Assembly: GCA_018813685.1 (NCBI GenBank)
Contig: JAHJAV010000097.1
Coordinates: 1-54,205, forward strand
Length of the DNA: 54,205 bases
Direction of reading: 5' to 3'
From: Nanobdellota archaeon
GTDB lineage: Archaea > Nanobdellota > Nanobdellia > Woesearchaeales > JACPBV01
Positions 33,715 through 43,593 of this stretch are shown piece by piece. The notes under the pieces are model-generated. The model was given only the letters and a program-made list of their open reading frames with translations. It did not search any database and was not told where the DNA came from. Position 1 is the stretch's first letter; each line of letters starts with the position of its first letter. Made by a program: the position numbers and the translations under genes.

Positions 33715-35188
33715 TTATAGTTATACTGAGATAAGGATATTCTTCTTTATTTAAAAAAGGTTTTATTTTGCAGATGTTTTCATTGTGTTCTGCACCCTTT
33801 TTTAGAAGTATCCATGTGCCTTCTGCTTTAATTATTCCATATTCATTATCATTGAACATAAGGTTGAAGTTTATGTCTTTTATCTTGTTGCCTACTCTTT
33901 TAGGGTCTGTTAAGGCATCACCCATATCCAACAATACATATTCTGGTTTAGAGTATTCTAGGTTGAAATATATTTCATATAAAGGCTTTGGAAATTTATA
34001 GATTTCATAACGCTGACTCAAATGAGGAATTACCCAGTTATTTGTTGATACTGATGCATCTTTTGGAATCATATCTACGAATTCATTGCCTGTTTTTACA
34101 TAGTCTGTGTTTGTTTTGAATTCATTTAAGTCGTATAATATAGTGAATGGGCCGTATGCGATGTAACATATAATTGTTGAAATTAAAACTAGGGAAGATA
34201 TGACTATGATTATATGATCCTTGGTTGAATTTTTGATCAATCTTATTTTTTTAAATGTGGATTTTAATAGTTTATATGCTAGTGGGATTGAGTAGATTGT
34301 AGCTATAAAAATTAAGGGTAGTATTGATGCTTGGTGGTGGTAGACTATTTCAGTGTAAGGTCTGGGGCTTGTTGTTAAAAGTATTCCAAATTCTATTATA
34401 CCTACTGCTAGTATTGTTGGGGATAAAAACGATAAAAATAAAACTGGAGCGAACAGAAGGATAACTAAGGTTATCTTAAATAATATTTGGCCAAAATATC
34501 TTTGGAAATACAAGAACCCATGCGCGCCTTTCGAAAAAACGTATGGCATTATCCAAATTGCTGTCACAAACCATAATATTCCCGTTATAGCTAATGTTAA
34601 TCCTAGTTTTCTTTTTTTATGTGATAAAAATAGATATACTCCAAATGTTGTGAGGTATAATGGTAAATGTTCTTTTGTCATCGCTAACAAAATGAGGAAA
34701 AAAACCGATTTTTTGTAATCTCCTTTTTCCATAAAGTAGAAAGCAAACAAGATGAATGGAATTGCAAATGCTATTGGGTGAAAGTCAAAAAGATTTATGT
34801 AGTGAACAGATGGATTTAAGAGATAAGCTATACTTAGAATTAAAGAAGCAGCTTCATTTTTCAGCTTTAGTTTTGATATTAGGTAAACTCCTAATGCACC
34901 TAAAGATATTGCCATCGTTTGAATTACCAGCAAAGTTATTGGACTTGAATAAATCCAATAGAAAGGCACAATCAATAAGAGGATTATATCGAAATGATCT
35001 CCAAAAACCCACGTTCCTTGTACTGTATCGAATATCAATTTTCCTTTACTAAGCCCCCAAATCTGTTGTTCATATTCACCCAAATCAAAGCCAGTTGAAT
35101 TGAACGATTCATGCTTTAATACCGATAAAGTTAGGAATAATATAAAATAAATAAAGATAAATACATATATAAACTTTTTTTTCTTCAC
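33692..35188 (-). CDS. DUF2079-like polytopic membrane protein (GT-C-like)
   Basis: FDLGEYEQQIWG...GDHFDIILLLIVPFYWIY...LLVIQTMAISLGA. C-terminal soluble domain. Confidence 0.65.
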   Translation of the reverse strand: MKKKKFIYVFIFIYFILFLTLSVLKHESFNSTGFDLGEYEQQIWGLSKGKLIFDTVQGTWVFGDHFDIILLLIVPFYWIYSSPITLLVIQTMAISLGALGVYLISKLKLKNEAASLILSIAYLLNPSVHYINLFDFHPIAFAIPFILFAFYFMEKGDYKKSVFFLILLAMTKEHLPLYLTTFGVYLFLSHKKRKLGLTLAITGILWFVTAIWIMPYVFSKGAHGFLYFQRYFGQILFKITLVILLFAPVLFLSFLSPTILAVGIIEFGILLTTSPRPYTEIVYHHQASILPLIFIATIYSIPLAYKLLKSTFKKIRLIKNSTKDHIIIVISSLVLISTIICYIAYGPFTILYDLNEFKTNTDYVKTGNEFVDMIPKDASVSTNNWVIPHLSQRYEIYKFPKPLYEIYFNLEYSKPEYVLLDMGDALTDPKRVGNKIKDINFNLMFNDNEYGIIKAEGTWILLKKGAEHNENICKIKPFLNKEEYPYLSITINETGGKY

Positions 35189-36390
35189 TTTGTTAACTCA
35201 TTTAGACATTTTTTAAATGCGTGTATTGTATAATCAATATCTTCTCTACTTAGATATTCGTGACATCCAATATAGAATGCATTTGAATCTAAATATTCAG
35301 CATTTGGGAGTTTATCCTTATATTGGGATTTCAGAAATGAATATGATGGCTGCCTAGTGGGTACGCATCCAAATAAAGGTCTTGTTTCAATACCTTCTTG
35401 TTCAAGCAGCCTCCTTAGTTTTTCCCTTTGTATTTGTTTTTTGATAACTAATGGGTAAGCAATGTAGCTTACCTTGTTGGAATAAATAGGTAGTTGTAAG
35501 ATATCAGAAAACTCTTGTAACCCCTCATTAAGACATTTTACATTTTCTTGCCTTTTTTTTATAGTTTCGTCTATCTTTCTTAGTCGTACTAATCCTAAAG
35601 CCGGTTGAAATTCAGTAACTTTAAAATTATGCCCTATAACATCATGTGTAAATCTTGGGTCAAGGTTGTTAGTTAATTTAGGGCAAAAACCTTTTGGTCG
35701 GGTACATATTTCACAGGTACATACTCTCCCATTGGATTTTATTTTCATTGCCAATTCAGCAATTTCCTGATTATTTGTATTAACTGTACCAAGTTCACCA
35801 GCTTGGATGGCATGCGCCATATTGAATGAGAAACAAGAGATTAGAGATTTGGAACCAGTTTTTGTGCCATCATCAAATTTACTTCCATGACATTGAGCGC
35901 AATCCTCTATGACTGTGATTCCATACTTTTTAGCTAGGTTATTTATCTTTTCCATATCTACCGGATAACCCATTAGATGAACTAGCAATATACTCTTTAT
36001 TTTATCTGGGTTTTCTTCCAAATATATTTTTATATTTTCGGGAGTAATTCCGAATGTGTTAATATCTACATCGACATAGGCAGGTTGCATATTAGACATC
36101 ATTATAGCATTACTTGTAGCTATATATGTTAAGGGAGTTGTTAATATTGGATCATTATCTGAAATGTACTTAGCATATTTCAATGCTATTAATCCTGTAA
36201 CTAATGCTGATGTTCCAGAGTTTACAGAAATGGAGTATTTTGTTCCTATATATTTTGCCCATTCATGTTCAAATTGGGTTACTTTTTTCCATTCCGAAAT
36301 CCTATTACTTTTTATAACATCATTAATTGCGTTTTTTTCCTCTTCACCAAACACAAAGTCTGATGTGGATACCCTTCTTTTATTTTCCAT
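35185..36390 (-). CDS. PMP-dependent NDP-4-keto-6-deoxyhexose 3-dehydratase-like (E1/RfbH/ColD type) DegT-family protein
   Basis: DegT fold, but the Schiff-base Lys position is His: FSFNMAHAIQAGELG versus FSFYGNKIITTGEGG in ORF 7642. Also a Cys-rich insert, C224-x-C-xx-C-x6-C236 (nt 35683-35721). Confidence 0.7.
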   Translation of the reverse strand: MENKRRVSTSDFVFGEEEKNAINDVIKSNRISEWKKVTQFEHEWAKYIGTKYSISVNSGTSALVTGLIALKYAKYISDNDPILTTPLTYIATSNAIMMSNMQPAYVDVDINTFGITPENIKIYLEENPDKIKSILLVHLMGYPVDMEKINNLAKKYGITVIEDCAQCHGSKFDDGTKTGSKSLISCFSFNMAHAIQAGELGTVNTNNQEIAELAMKIKSNGRVCTCEICTRPKGFCPKLTNNLDPRFTHDVIGHNFKVTEFQPALGLVRLRKIDETIKKRQENVKCLNEGLQEFSDILQLPIYSNKVSYIAYPLVIKKQIQREKLRRLLEQEGIETRPLFGCVPTRQPSYSFLKSQYKDKLPNAEYLDSNAFYIGCHEYLSREDIDYTIHAFKKCLNELTK

Positions 36391-36450
36391 TTAATTCACC
36401 TACCCCTAGTTGTTTTGACTCTAAATGCATTACTTTTAGTAAAATTGGCC

Positions 36451-36460
36451 TATATTTATA
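36451..36460 (-). promoter_or_regulatory. TATA box for the 10-kb minus-strand operon
   Basis: TATAAATATA on the minus strand. SD GGTGA (36396-36400) lies 5 nt before ATG 36390. Confidence 0.35.
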
Positions 36461-36717
36461 GATTGTGAATCTAACTTCTGTTTTTATCAAATTGTTTGGT
36501 TTATAAGAAATCCCATATATTTAAAAAATTATCTTTTTTACTATAGGGTACACCAAAAATCTTTAAATAAACCTTCTTCCAATTATTGAATTAAGGGACT
36601 GCTAGTGGAAATGATTTTAGTCAATAAGCTTGGTATTTATACAGAAAGATTAAGTTTTCAGATATTATTGGATCTTTCTGATGGGAACTAGTTTTGAAGT
36701 GAAGCCCAATCAATAAT

Positions 36718-36730
36718 AAACTATTTAAAC
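36718..36730 (+). promoter_or_regulatory. BRE/TATA box
   Basis: AAACTATTTAAAC lies about 25 nt upstream of ATG 36752. Confidence 0.45.
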
Positions 36731-36751
36731 CAATAGCTTTTTCTTTAGTTT

Positions 36752-37513
36752 ATGGCTTGCTATAAGTATCTTGGTTCCAAAAATTTTAGTTCAGATAGCC
36801 TAATCAGATTTGAAAAGAGAAAAAGAGATATTTCTATAATCTTTCCAACTTATAATGAGGAGAGGAATGTTGGAAGATTGATTCAAGCACTAAAATCAGA
36901 GTTAGAAGGCGAAAATTTTGAGATAATTGTTGTGGATGATGATTCCAAAGACAAAACCCCTCAACTAATGGATGATAATGCTGGAGAAAGGGTTATAGCG
37001 CTGCATAGGTTTGGAAAAAGGGGAATTTTTTCTGCTTTTTTAGATGGCATAAAAATCTCAAATGGAGAATATATCGTTATAATGGATGCAGATTTTTCAC
37101 ATCCACCTAAATTGATTAAGGAATTTTTGAAGTATAAGGGCGATTATGATATTGTGTCTGGCTCAAGATTTCTTAAGGGAGCTGGAATAGAGGCTCCTTT
37201 TTTCAGGAAGTATGGAACTACATTGCTTAATAAGGTATGCAATTTTATAATGGGCATTAAAGTGAAGGATGCTACAGGCGGTTTTCATTTGATAAGGAAA
37301 TCCAAGTTTGAAGAGCTGAAATTTAAATACTCAACTATCTGGGGAGAGTTTGATCTTGAGTTGTTTTACAGGGCGGTAAAGAAAGGATTTAAGATAAAAG
37401 AAGTTCCTTTTGTATACAAGTTTAGACTGGAGGGACATTCTAAATCAGAGAATCTATTGAAATATGCTTATGTTTATGTGAAAAGAGCGATTCAGTTAAG
37501 GTTTTTTTCTTAA
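36752..37513 (+). CDS. GT2 polyprenyl-phosphate mannose/glucose synthase-like glycosyltransferase
   Basis: ISIIFPTYNEE...IVVDDDSKDKT...MDADFSH...GSRF. Confidence 0.8.
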   Translation: MACYKYLGSKNFSSDSLIRFEKRKRDISIIFPTYNEERNVGRLIQALKSELEGENFEIIVVDDDSKDKTPQLMDDNAGERVIALHRFGKRGIFSAFLDGIKISNGEYIVIMDADFSHPPKLIKEFLKYKGDYDIVSGSRFLKGAGIEAPFFRKYGTTLLNKVCNFIMGIKVKDATGGFHLIRKSKFEELKFKYSTIWGEFDLELFYRAVKKGFKIKEVPFVYKFRLEGHSKSENLLKYAYVYVKRAIQLRFFS

Positions 37514-38512
37514 TAACTCTATAATCGTTTCTGCAAATGCTTTTGTGTCATTTGCTTTTACTAGAATCCCTTTCTTAAGGACTTCTTTGTGTGAGCCGAC
37601 ATCAAAAGCAACTGCCGGCTTGCCTGTTAGATTAGACTCTACAACAGGAATGTCAAACCCTTCCCATAGTGATGCTGTTGTGTAGATGTCACAGGCTGCA
37701 TAATAATAAGGGAGCTCTTTATCATCTATGAATCCTGTGAATATCACATTTTTGTTTGAGAGCTTCTTTAGCTTTTTAGTGTAATTTGGGAATGTGTGTT
37801 TTCCTGCTATAATCAGTTTAGATTTGGGATATTCTTTTTGAACTATTTTAAAGGACTCTATCAGCAGATGGATTCCCTTATGGGGGCTTATTCTTCCGAC
37901 GTATAAAAGGACAGGCTCATTTTTTATATTATACCTTTTTCTTATTTTCTTGCTGTCTATTTTGTTGTGGAACCTTTTTTTATCTACATGAACATACTCT
38001 ACTTTGCTGTCGATTCCTGTTTCTTTTTTTAGTTCTTGCCTTAAGAAATTGCTTATTGAGATTACTTCATCTGCATTCCTTATTGTGCTGTTTGTAAGGA
38101 AATTAAAGATTTTGAGATAGAGCTTTTCGAAGAGCGAATATTCATCTGTTATTCCGACGCCTGCGTTATGGTAAATATATTTTAGTTTTTTATTTTTTCT
38201 TTTTGCACTGCAGGCAAGGATGTTCATTGGATAGAGGTGTGAGATGATTAAATCATAATTCTTTAGAATGCTTGAATATTTTTTTATCTTTTTTATGTCT
38301 AGGAACATTAACAGCCTGTAGAGCCTCTGAAAGAATGGAGTTTTAGGCATGCCCATTATATGGAGGCCTGCTTTTTTTGGCTTTATTGATGCACTTAGAG
38401 CAAAGATATCTACTGTATGGCCATGCTCAACCAATTCTTTTGTCTTTTGCTCTACAAGCCGGTCTATACCTGAGAAGTGGGAGAATGTTGGAGTCAAGAT
38501 TGCTATCTTCAT
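37496..38512 (-). CDS. Glycosyltransferase family 4
   Basis: MKIAILTPTF... and the EX7E motif EGFDIPVVE. Start taken at the internal ATG (38512). Confidence 0.8.
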   Translation of the reverse strand: MKIAILTPTFSHFSGIDRLVEQKTKELVEHGHTVDIFALSASIKPKKAGLHIMGMPKTPFFQRLYRLLMFLDIKKIKKYSSILKNYDLIISHLYPMNILACSAKRKNKKLKYIYHNAGVGITDEYSLFEKLYLKIFNFLTNSTIRNADEVISISNFLRQELKKETGIDSKVEYVHVDKKRFHNKIDSKKIRKRYNIKNEPVLLYVGRISPHKGIHLLIESFKIVQKEYPKSKLIIAGKHTFPNYTKKLKKLSNKNVIFTGFIDDKELPYYYAACDIYTTASLWEGFDIPVVESNLTGKPAVAFDVGSHKEVLKKGILVKANDTKAFAETIIELLRKKP

Positions 38513-38582
38513 TATACCTATAAATCCCTTTTTGTTTAAATAGTTTGTGAAACATAATATCAATACTGGGCCATTAATCCAT

Positions 38583-38595
38583 AAGGTTTAAAAAT
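38583..38595 (+). promoter_or_regulatory. BRE/TATA box
   Basis: AAGGTTTAAAAAT lies upstream of ATG 38648. Confidence 0.35.
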
Positions 38596-38647
38596 GAATC
38601 ATCCCTTTCCAGTATTAAGGCAGTTTTAAGCATTATATGAAAACAAG

Positions 38648-39778
38648 ATGAAAACTAAGAAGGGTGTTTTTATAACATCGTATTATCCAGGGGTTTTTCT
38701 GCTTTTAGAGAAAGAGGATTATAATGCAGTGCCCTGCAAGGCAATGCAAGAACTTGGATATGATACTGAAGTCTTGACCCTGTTAAGGCCTGGACTGAAA
38801 AAGGAGGAATCTGTAAGGGGGATTAAGATAAAAAGGTTCAAGAGTACATTTGCTTTGCTTAAGTATGTGATATTTTCAAAAGAAATAGCCATTGTGCATG
38901 CTTTTCTTAGGCCGTTTTTGCCCAGCTTACTTTCATCATTAATCAATAAGCCTAAAGTTATGTCTCCAAATACTTATCAGATAGGCTCAAATAAGCTGAT
39001 TGCTTTTTTGTCTTTGATGTTGATGAAGAGGTTCGATCTTTTGTTTAACTTTACTCCTTATGAAATGGAGACTTATAAAAAAGCAGGAATTGATCAGTGC
39101 AAATTAAGACTGGTGCCCTGCTCTATTGATTACGGCTTTTATTCAAGAAAAATCACAAAGATTGAGCAAGTAAGAAAAAGGTGGAAAATAGACAAGGATG
39201 ATTTTATAGTTGTTACTGTGTGTAATCTTAAGGCTGTAAAGAATGTCGATGTCATGCTTAAGGCTGTTTCTTTGCTGAAAGGTAAGGTAAAAAATATTAA
39301 GTTTATACTGATTGGCCCAAATTCTCTTGGCAGCGCCAGATATAGGGATGAATTCCAGAAAGAACATCATTTTGTCCTGAACGATTCCATAAAAGAGTTT
39401 TCTATTGAAAAGAATATGACAGCTACCGGTAAATTAACTTTTGAGGGGATAAGGGATATTTTAAATCTGGCTGACGTTTATGTGAACAGCTCGAGTGTTG
39501 AATCACAGTGTCTTTCTGCTTATGAGTCATCTGCAGCAGGATTGCCTTTATGTTTGTCTAATATAGGCTCATTTAAGAGTGTATTTAAGGATAGAGTTTT
39601 GTATCATAATCCGAGGGATTCTGAGAAATTGGCTGAAAATCTGCTGTTTTATTACAAACATCCCGAAAAAAGAAAATCAATGGGGGCTATTTTGAAAGTT
39701 TTTGTAAAAAAATGGGATTACAGCAAAATCAAGATAAGGATGATTGATTGTTATAAAGAAGTTTTAGGGAAGATATAA
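38648..39778 (+). CDS. Glycosyltransferase family 4-like
   Basis: EX7E motif ESQCLSAYE and GT-B layout. Confidence 0.7.
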   Translation: MKTKKGVFITSYYPGVFLLLEKEDYNAVPCKAMQELGYDTEVLTLLRPGLKKEESVRGIKIKRFKSTFALLKYVIFSKEIAIVHAFLRPFLPSLLSSLINKPKVMSPNTYQIGSNKLIAFLSLMLMKRFDLLFNFTPYEMETYKKAGIDQCKLRLVPCSIDYGFYSRKITKIEQVRKRWKIDKDDFIVVTVCNLKAVKNVDVMLKAVSLLKGKVKNIKFILIGPNSLGSARYRDEFQKEHHFVLNDSIKEFSIEKNMTATGKLTFEGIRDILNLADVYVNSSSVESQCLSAYESSAAGLPLCLSNIGSFKSVFKDRVLYHNPRDSEKLAENLLFYYKHPEKRKSMGAILKVFVKKWDYSKIKIRMIDCYKEVLGKI

Positions 39779-39789
39779 TTTTATTTAAT

Positions 39790-40512
39790 CTATCTACCCA
39801 ATACCCCTCTTAGAAAATTCCTGCTTAAGCTGACTTTTTTATTTGCCTGGTTGTAATCTTCCATACGGTCAATTGCCTGCCAATATTCTTTTATGTTATA
39901 GCAAAGGACATTTCTTTTTTCTTTGATGCACCTATTGATTAGTTCAGGCATATCAAAATACCTGTTTGGTTTTATGTATCTAAGGATTTCTGGATTAATT
40001 ATATTTATTCCTGCACTTATCTTAAACTTGAAAGAAGGCTTTTCCTTTACCCCTTTTATCATGTTTCCATCTGTTTGAATAACCCCATATTTTGTCTTGA
40101 TTTCTTTTTCTTTTATACCTATAGTTATATCCCCTTTGTTCTTTTTGTGGAATTTGCACATCTTCCTGTAGTTTATGTTTGTGAGTATATCACCGTTTAG
40201 CATAAGTATGGGTTCTTTTATTCCGAAGAAATCCCTAACCAGCCTTAAAGGGCCTGCTGTTCCAAGCCGCTTTTTTTCTTTTAGATATCTTAATCTAACT
40301 TTTAGATTTGAGCCAGAGCCAAAATAAGTTTTTATAAGATCTGATTTATAGCCTACACAGAGTATTATATCATCAAAACCATTTTTTTTAAGAGATTTTA
40401 TTATAATTTCAAGAATTGGCTTGCCACCAATAGGAATCAATGGCTTAGGGATGACTAGAGTCATTGGCTTTAATCTTGAACCGATTCCTCCTGCCATTAT
40501 TGCAACTTTCAT
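39790..40512 (-). CDS. Sugar-1-phosphate nucleotidyltransferase (RfbF / ManC-like)
   Basis: MKVAIMAGGIGSRLKPMTLVIPKPLIPIGGKPIL. The ORF extends to 40536, but ATG 40512 gives the canonical N-terminus. Confidence 0.8.
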   Translation of the reverse strand: MKVAIMAGGIGSRLKPMTLVIPKPLIPIGGKPILEIIIKSLKKNGFDDIILCVGYKSDLIKTYFGSGSNLKVRLRYLKEKKRLGTAGPLRLVRDFFGIKEPILMLNGDILTNINYRKMCKFHKKNKGDITIGIKEKEIKTKYGVIQTDGNMIKGVKEKPSFKFKISAGINIINPEILRYIKPNRYFDMPELINRCIKEKRNVLCYNIKEYWQAIDRMEDYNQANKKVSLSRNFLRGVLGR

Positions 40513-40519
40513 TTTTTGT

Positions 40520-41509
40520 TTAGACTGAATATTCATCTGGCTTGTATTCGCCGATGTTTTCAGATATCCATTTTATTGTTGCTTTAAGACCTTCATCAAG
40601 GCTTACTTTTGGAGACCATCCGATAATCTTTTTGGCTTTTGAGTTATCTCCCAATAATCTTTGGACTTCTGCTTTTTCAGGCCTTACTCTTTCTTCAGAG
40701 CATTCAATATCTATTTTTTTTCCGATTATTTTTATTATTTTTTCTGCAAGTTCACCTATAGAGATATCATCTTTATTGCTTAAATTTATTACCCCGCCAT
40801 AATCTTTATCGCTTTCTGCTGTTTTGATAAAGCCGTCTGCAGTATCAGTTACAAATGTGAAATCCCTTCTTGGAGTTAGTGAGCCTAATCTGATTTTATC
40901 TTTTGTCAATGCCTGCATGATTATAGTAGGGATTATTGCTCTTGCAGACTGCCTTGGGCCGTATGTGTTGAATGGCCTTACAACTGTGATAGGCAGCTTA
41001 TATGATTTATAGAAACTTTCTGCATATTTGTCTCCGGCAATCTTGCTTGCTGCGTATGGAGACTGGCCCTGCAGCGGATGGTCTTCATTTATAGGGACAG
41101 TTAATGCAGTGCCGTAAACTTCACTGCTTGACGTTGTAATAATCCTTTTTACATTACTATCTTTTGCTGCTGTAAGAACATTTAAAGTTCCTTTGCTATT
41201 TACTGCTATAACCTCTTCGGGGTTTTTGAATGAATATGCAACACTTATAGAAGCAGCAAGATGAAATACGCAGTCAATATTTTTTAGTGCTTTTCTTATA
41301 GTTTCGAGCTCTAATACATCACCAAACATTATATCTATCTTTGATTTTGTCTTGTTAGGGAATGAATCGATGAATCCTGCTTTTCCTTTTGAGTTGTATC
41401 TAACAAAAGCATGAACATTTGCGCCCTCTGCAACAAGCCTTTCAGCCAGATGACTGCCTATGAAACCTCCTGCTCCTGTAACCAATACTTCTTTTCCTTT
41501 CAGCTCCAT
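40520..41509 (-). CDS. Extended-SDR NAD-dependent NDP-sugar epimerase/dehydratase
   Basis: VLVTGAGGFIGSHL, SSSEVYG, YAASK catalytic triad region. Confidence 0.85.
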   Translation of the reverse strand: MELKGKEVLVTGAGGFIGSHLAERLVAEGANVHAFVRYNSKGKAGFIDSFPNKTKSKIDIMFGDVLELETIRKALKNIDCVFHLAASISVAYSFKNPEEVIAVNSKGTLNVLTAAKDSNVKRIITTSSSEVYGTALTVPINEDHPLQGQSPYAASKIAGDKYAESFYKSYKLPITVVRPFNTYGPRQSARAIIPTIIMQALTKDKIRLGSLTPRRDFTFVTDTADGFIKTAESDKDYGGVINLSNKDDISIGELAEKIIKIIGKKIDIECSEERVRPEKAEVQRLLGDNSKAKKIIGWSPKVSLDEGLKATIKWISENIGEYKPDEYSV

Positions 41510-41625
41510 TTTGTTTAATCTATGCTACTTCAACACAATATATAAAGTTTTTGTTTCTGTTTTTTTATGGGTATTAAACTTTTCCGAATAGGCTTGCTTA
41601 TTGAACTATTTTATTTGAAATTCAT

Positions 41626-41639
41626 AAGATTTAAAAATA
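41626..41639 (+). promoter_or_regulatory. BRE/TATA box
   Basis: AAGATTTAAAAATA. SD AGGTGG precedes ATG 41672. Confidence 0.45.
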
Positions 41640-41671
41640 AATCGTTCTTCTGAGAGTTAGGTGGTATTTAA

Positions 41672-42637
41672 ATGAAAGCACTTATAACCGGAATAACTGG
41701 TCAGGATGGCTCTTATTTAGCTGAATTTCTTCTAAAAAAAGGTTATGAAGTTTATGGTATGTACAGGAGATCAAGTGTTGAAACTTTTGAAAGAATAGAT
41801 CACATAAAAGATAAGATACATCTTATATGCGCAGATTTAACTGACCAGAGTTCTTTGAATGAGATGATAAGAACTATCAATCCAGATGAGGTTTATAATC
41901 TTGCTGCGCAGAGTTTTGTTCCTGCTTCATGGACTCAACCTATCTTAACAGGAGATGTTACTGCTTTAGGAGTTACAAGGCTGTTAGAGGCTATAAGGCA
42001 CATCAATCCTAAAATCAAATTTTATCAGGCGTCTTCTTCTGAGATGTTCGGAAAGGTCCAAGAGGTTCCTCAAACAGAAAAGACTCCTTTTTATCCAAGA
42101 AGCCCATATGGTGTTGCAAAGGTTTATGCTTTTTGGATGACTAAAAATTACAGGGAGAGTTATGGCATGTTTTGCGCTAATGGAATATTATTTAATCATG
42201 AAAGTTGTCGTCGAGGAAAGCAATTTGTTACAAGGAAAGTAACTGATAGTGTAGCTAAGATTAAGTTAGGGTTGCAAAAAGAGCTTTTCTTAGGTAATCT
42301 AGATTCTAAAAGGGACTGGGGTTTTGCTGGTGATTTTGTAGAAGCAATGTGGTTAATGCTGCAACATAAGAAACCAGACGATTTTGTGATTGCAACAGGA
42401 GAGACACACTCCGTTAGAGAACTTTGCGAAGCAGCTTTTTCCCGTGTCGGATTAAATTATAAAGATTATGTCAAGACAGATCCTAAATTTTTAAGGCCTG
42501 CTGAGGTTGATCTGCTTATAGGAGATTATTCAAGGGCAAAGAAAGAACTGGGATGGGGACCTAAGGTCAAGTTTAAGGAATTAGTAGGGATGATGGTTGA
42601 TGAGGACCTTAAGAGGCATAAGAAAGAGCAACGATGA
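41672..42637 (+). CDS. gmd: GDP-mannose 4,6-dehydratase
   Basis: [55 protein letters not shown]. Confidence 0.9.
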   Translation: MKALITGITGQDGSYLAEFLLKKGYEVYGMYRRSSVETFERIDHIKDKIHLICADLTDQSSLNEMIRTINPDEVYNLAAQSFVPASWTQPILTGDVTALGVTRLLEAIRHINPKIKFYQASSSEMFGKVQEVPQTEKTPFYPRSPYGVAKVYAFWMTKNYRESYGMFCANGILFNHESCRRGKQFVTRKVTDSVAKIKLGLQKELFLGNLDSKRDWGFAGDFVEAMWLMLQHKKPDDFVIATGETHSVRELCEAAFSRVGLNYKDYVKTDPKFLRPAEVDLLIGDYSRAKKELGWGPKVKFKELVGMMVDEDLKRHKKEQR

Positions 42638-43539
42638 AGGCTTTAATTACTGGAGTTAGCGGTTTTGTTGGAAATTATCTTACAAAGGAACTTCTTTTAC
42701 ATGATTATGAAGTATATGGGGTAGATTTTAATGAAAGAAAAATAGATGATGTTTCTTTTTTTAAGGCAGATATATTAGATAAGGCAAGGATTTCTGATAT
42801 TCTAGGATCAATAAAACCCGATATTGTCTTTCATCTGGCAGCAGTCTCTTCTGTAAAGACGGGATGGGAAAATCCCAAGTTGACTTTTGATGTTAATGTT
42901 AACGGAACAAAGAATATTTTAGATGCTGCGGGCAATAAAGCTAAGATTTTAGTAATCAGTTCTGCTGATGTTTATGGGATTTCTAAAAATGTGCCTATTA
43001 AAGAGGATTCTGATTTAAATCCCATAAGCCCTTATGGGGAGTCTAAACTAAAGCAAGAACAAACAGTTTTAGATTATTGCAAGAACGGCTTTAATATTGT
43101 CGTTTCCAGGAGTTTTACACATACAGGGCCAGGGCAATTGCCTTTTTATGTTTGTTCTGAGTTTGCAAAGCAGGTTGTGGATATAGAAAGGGGCAAAAGG
43201 CAAGATGTTTCTGCAGGCGACTTAAGTGTGAAACGGGACTTTAGCGATGTTAGGGATATTGTCATGGCTTATCTAATGGCTGTTGAAAAAGGGGAGAGCG
43301 GAGAAGTATATAATATCTGTTCAGGCAAGGGATTTGCACTGAAAGAGGTTTTGGATATTCTAGCTGGAATGTCAGATGCAGAGATAAAAGTGAATTTAGA
43401 CAAGACAAAAATCAGGAAAAATGAATTGCCTGTATTAATAGGGGACAATACCAAATTCTGTAATGCGACAGGATGGAAACCCAAAATACCTTTAAAACAG
43501 ACATTAAAAGATTTGTTAGAGTATTGGAGAAAAAATTAA
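42634..43539 (+). CDS. GDP-4-keto-6-deoxymannose reductase-like (Rmd-like) extended SDR
   Basis: [30 protein letters not shown] overlap with gmd. Confidence 0.75.
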   Translation: MKALITGVSGFVGNYLTKELLLHDYEVYGVDFNERKIDDVSFFKADILDKARISDILGSIKPDIVFHLAAVSSVKTGWENPKLTFDVNVNGTKNILDAAGNKAKILVISSADVYGISKNVPIKEDSDLNPISPYGESKLKQEQTVLDYCKNGFNIVVSRSFTHTGPGQLPFYVCSEFAKQVVDIERGKRQDVSAGDLSVKRDFSDVRDIVMAYLMAVEKGESGEVYNICSGKGFALKEVLDILAGMSDAEIKVNLDKTKIRKNELPVLIGDNTKFCNATGWKPKIPLKQTLKDLLEYWRKN

Positions 43540-43542
43540 TGG

Positions 43543-43548
43543 TTTTTT
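43543..43548 (+). terminator. Oligo-T tract
   Basis: TTTTTT lies 3 nt after the stop. Confidence 0.35.
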
Positions 43549-43555
43549 GATTAAT

Positions 43556-43568
43556 AAGGTTTATATAT
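43556..43568 (+). promoter_or_regulatory. BRE/TATA box
   Basis: AAGGTTTATATAT lies about 30 nt upstream of ATG 43594 (leaderless). Confidence 0.5.
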
Positions 43569-43593
43569 CATTAATTAATCCTTTTTCTTTATA

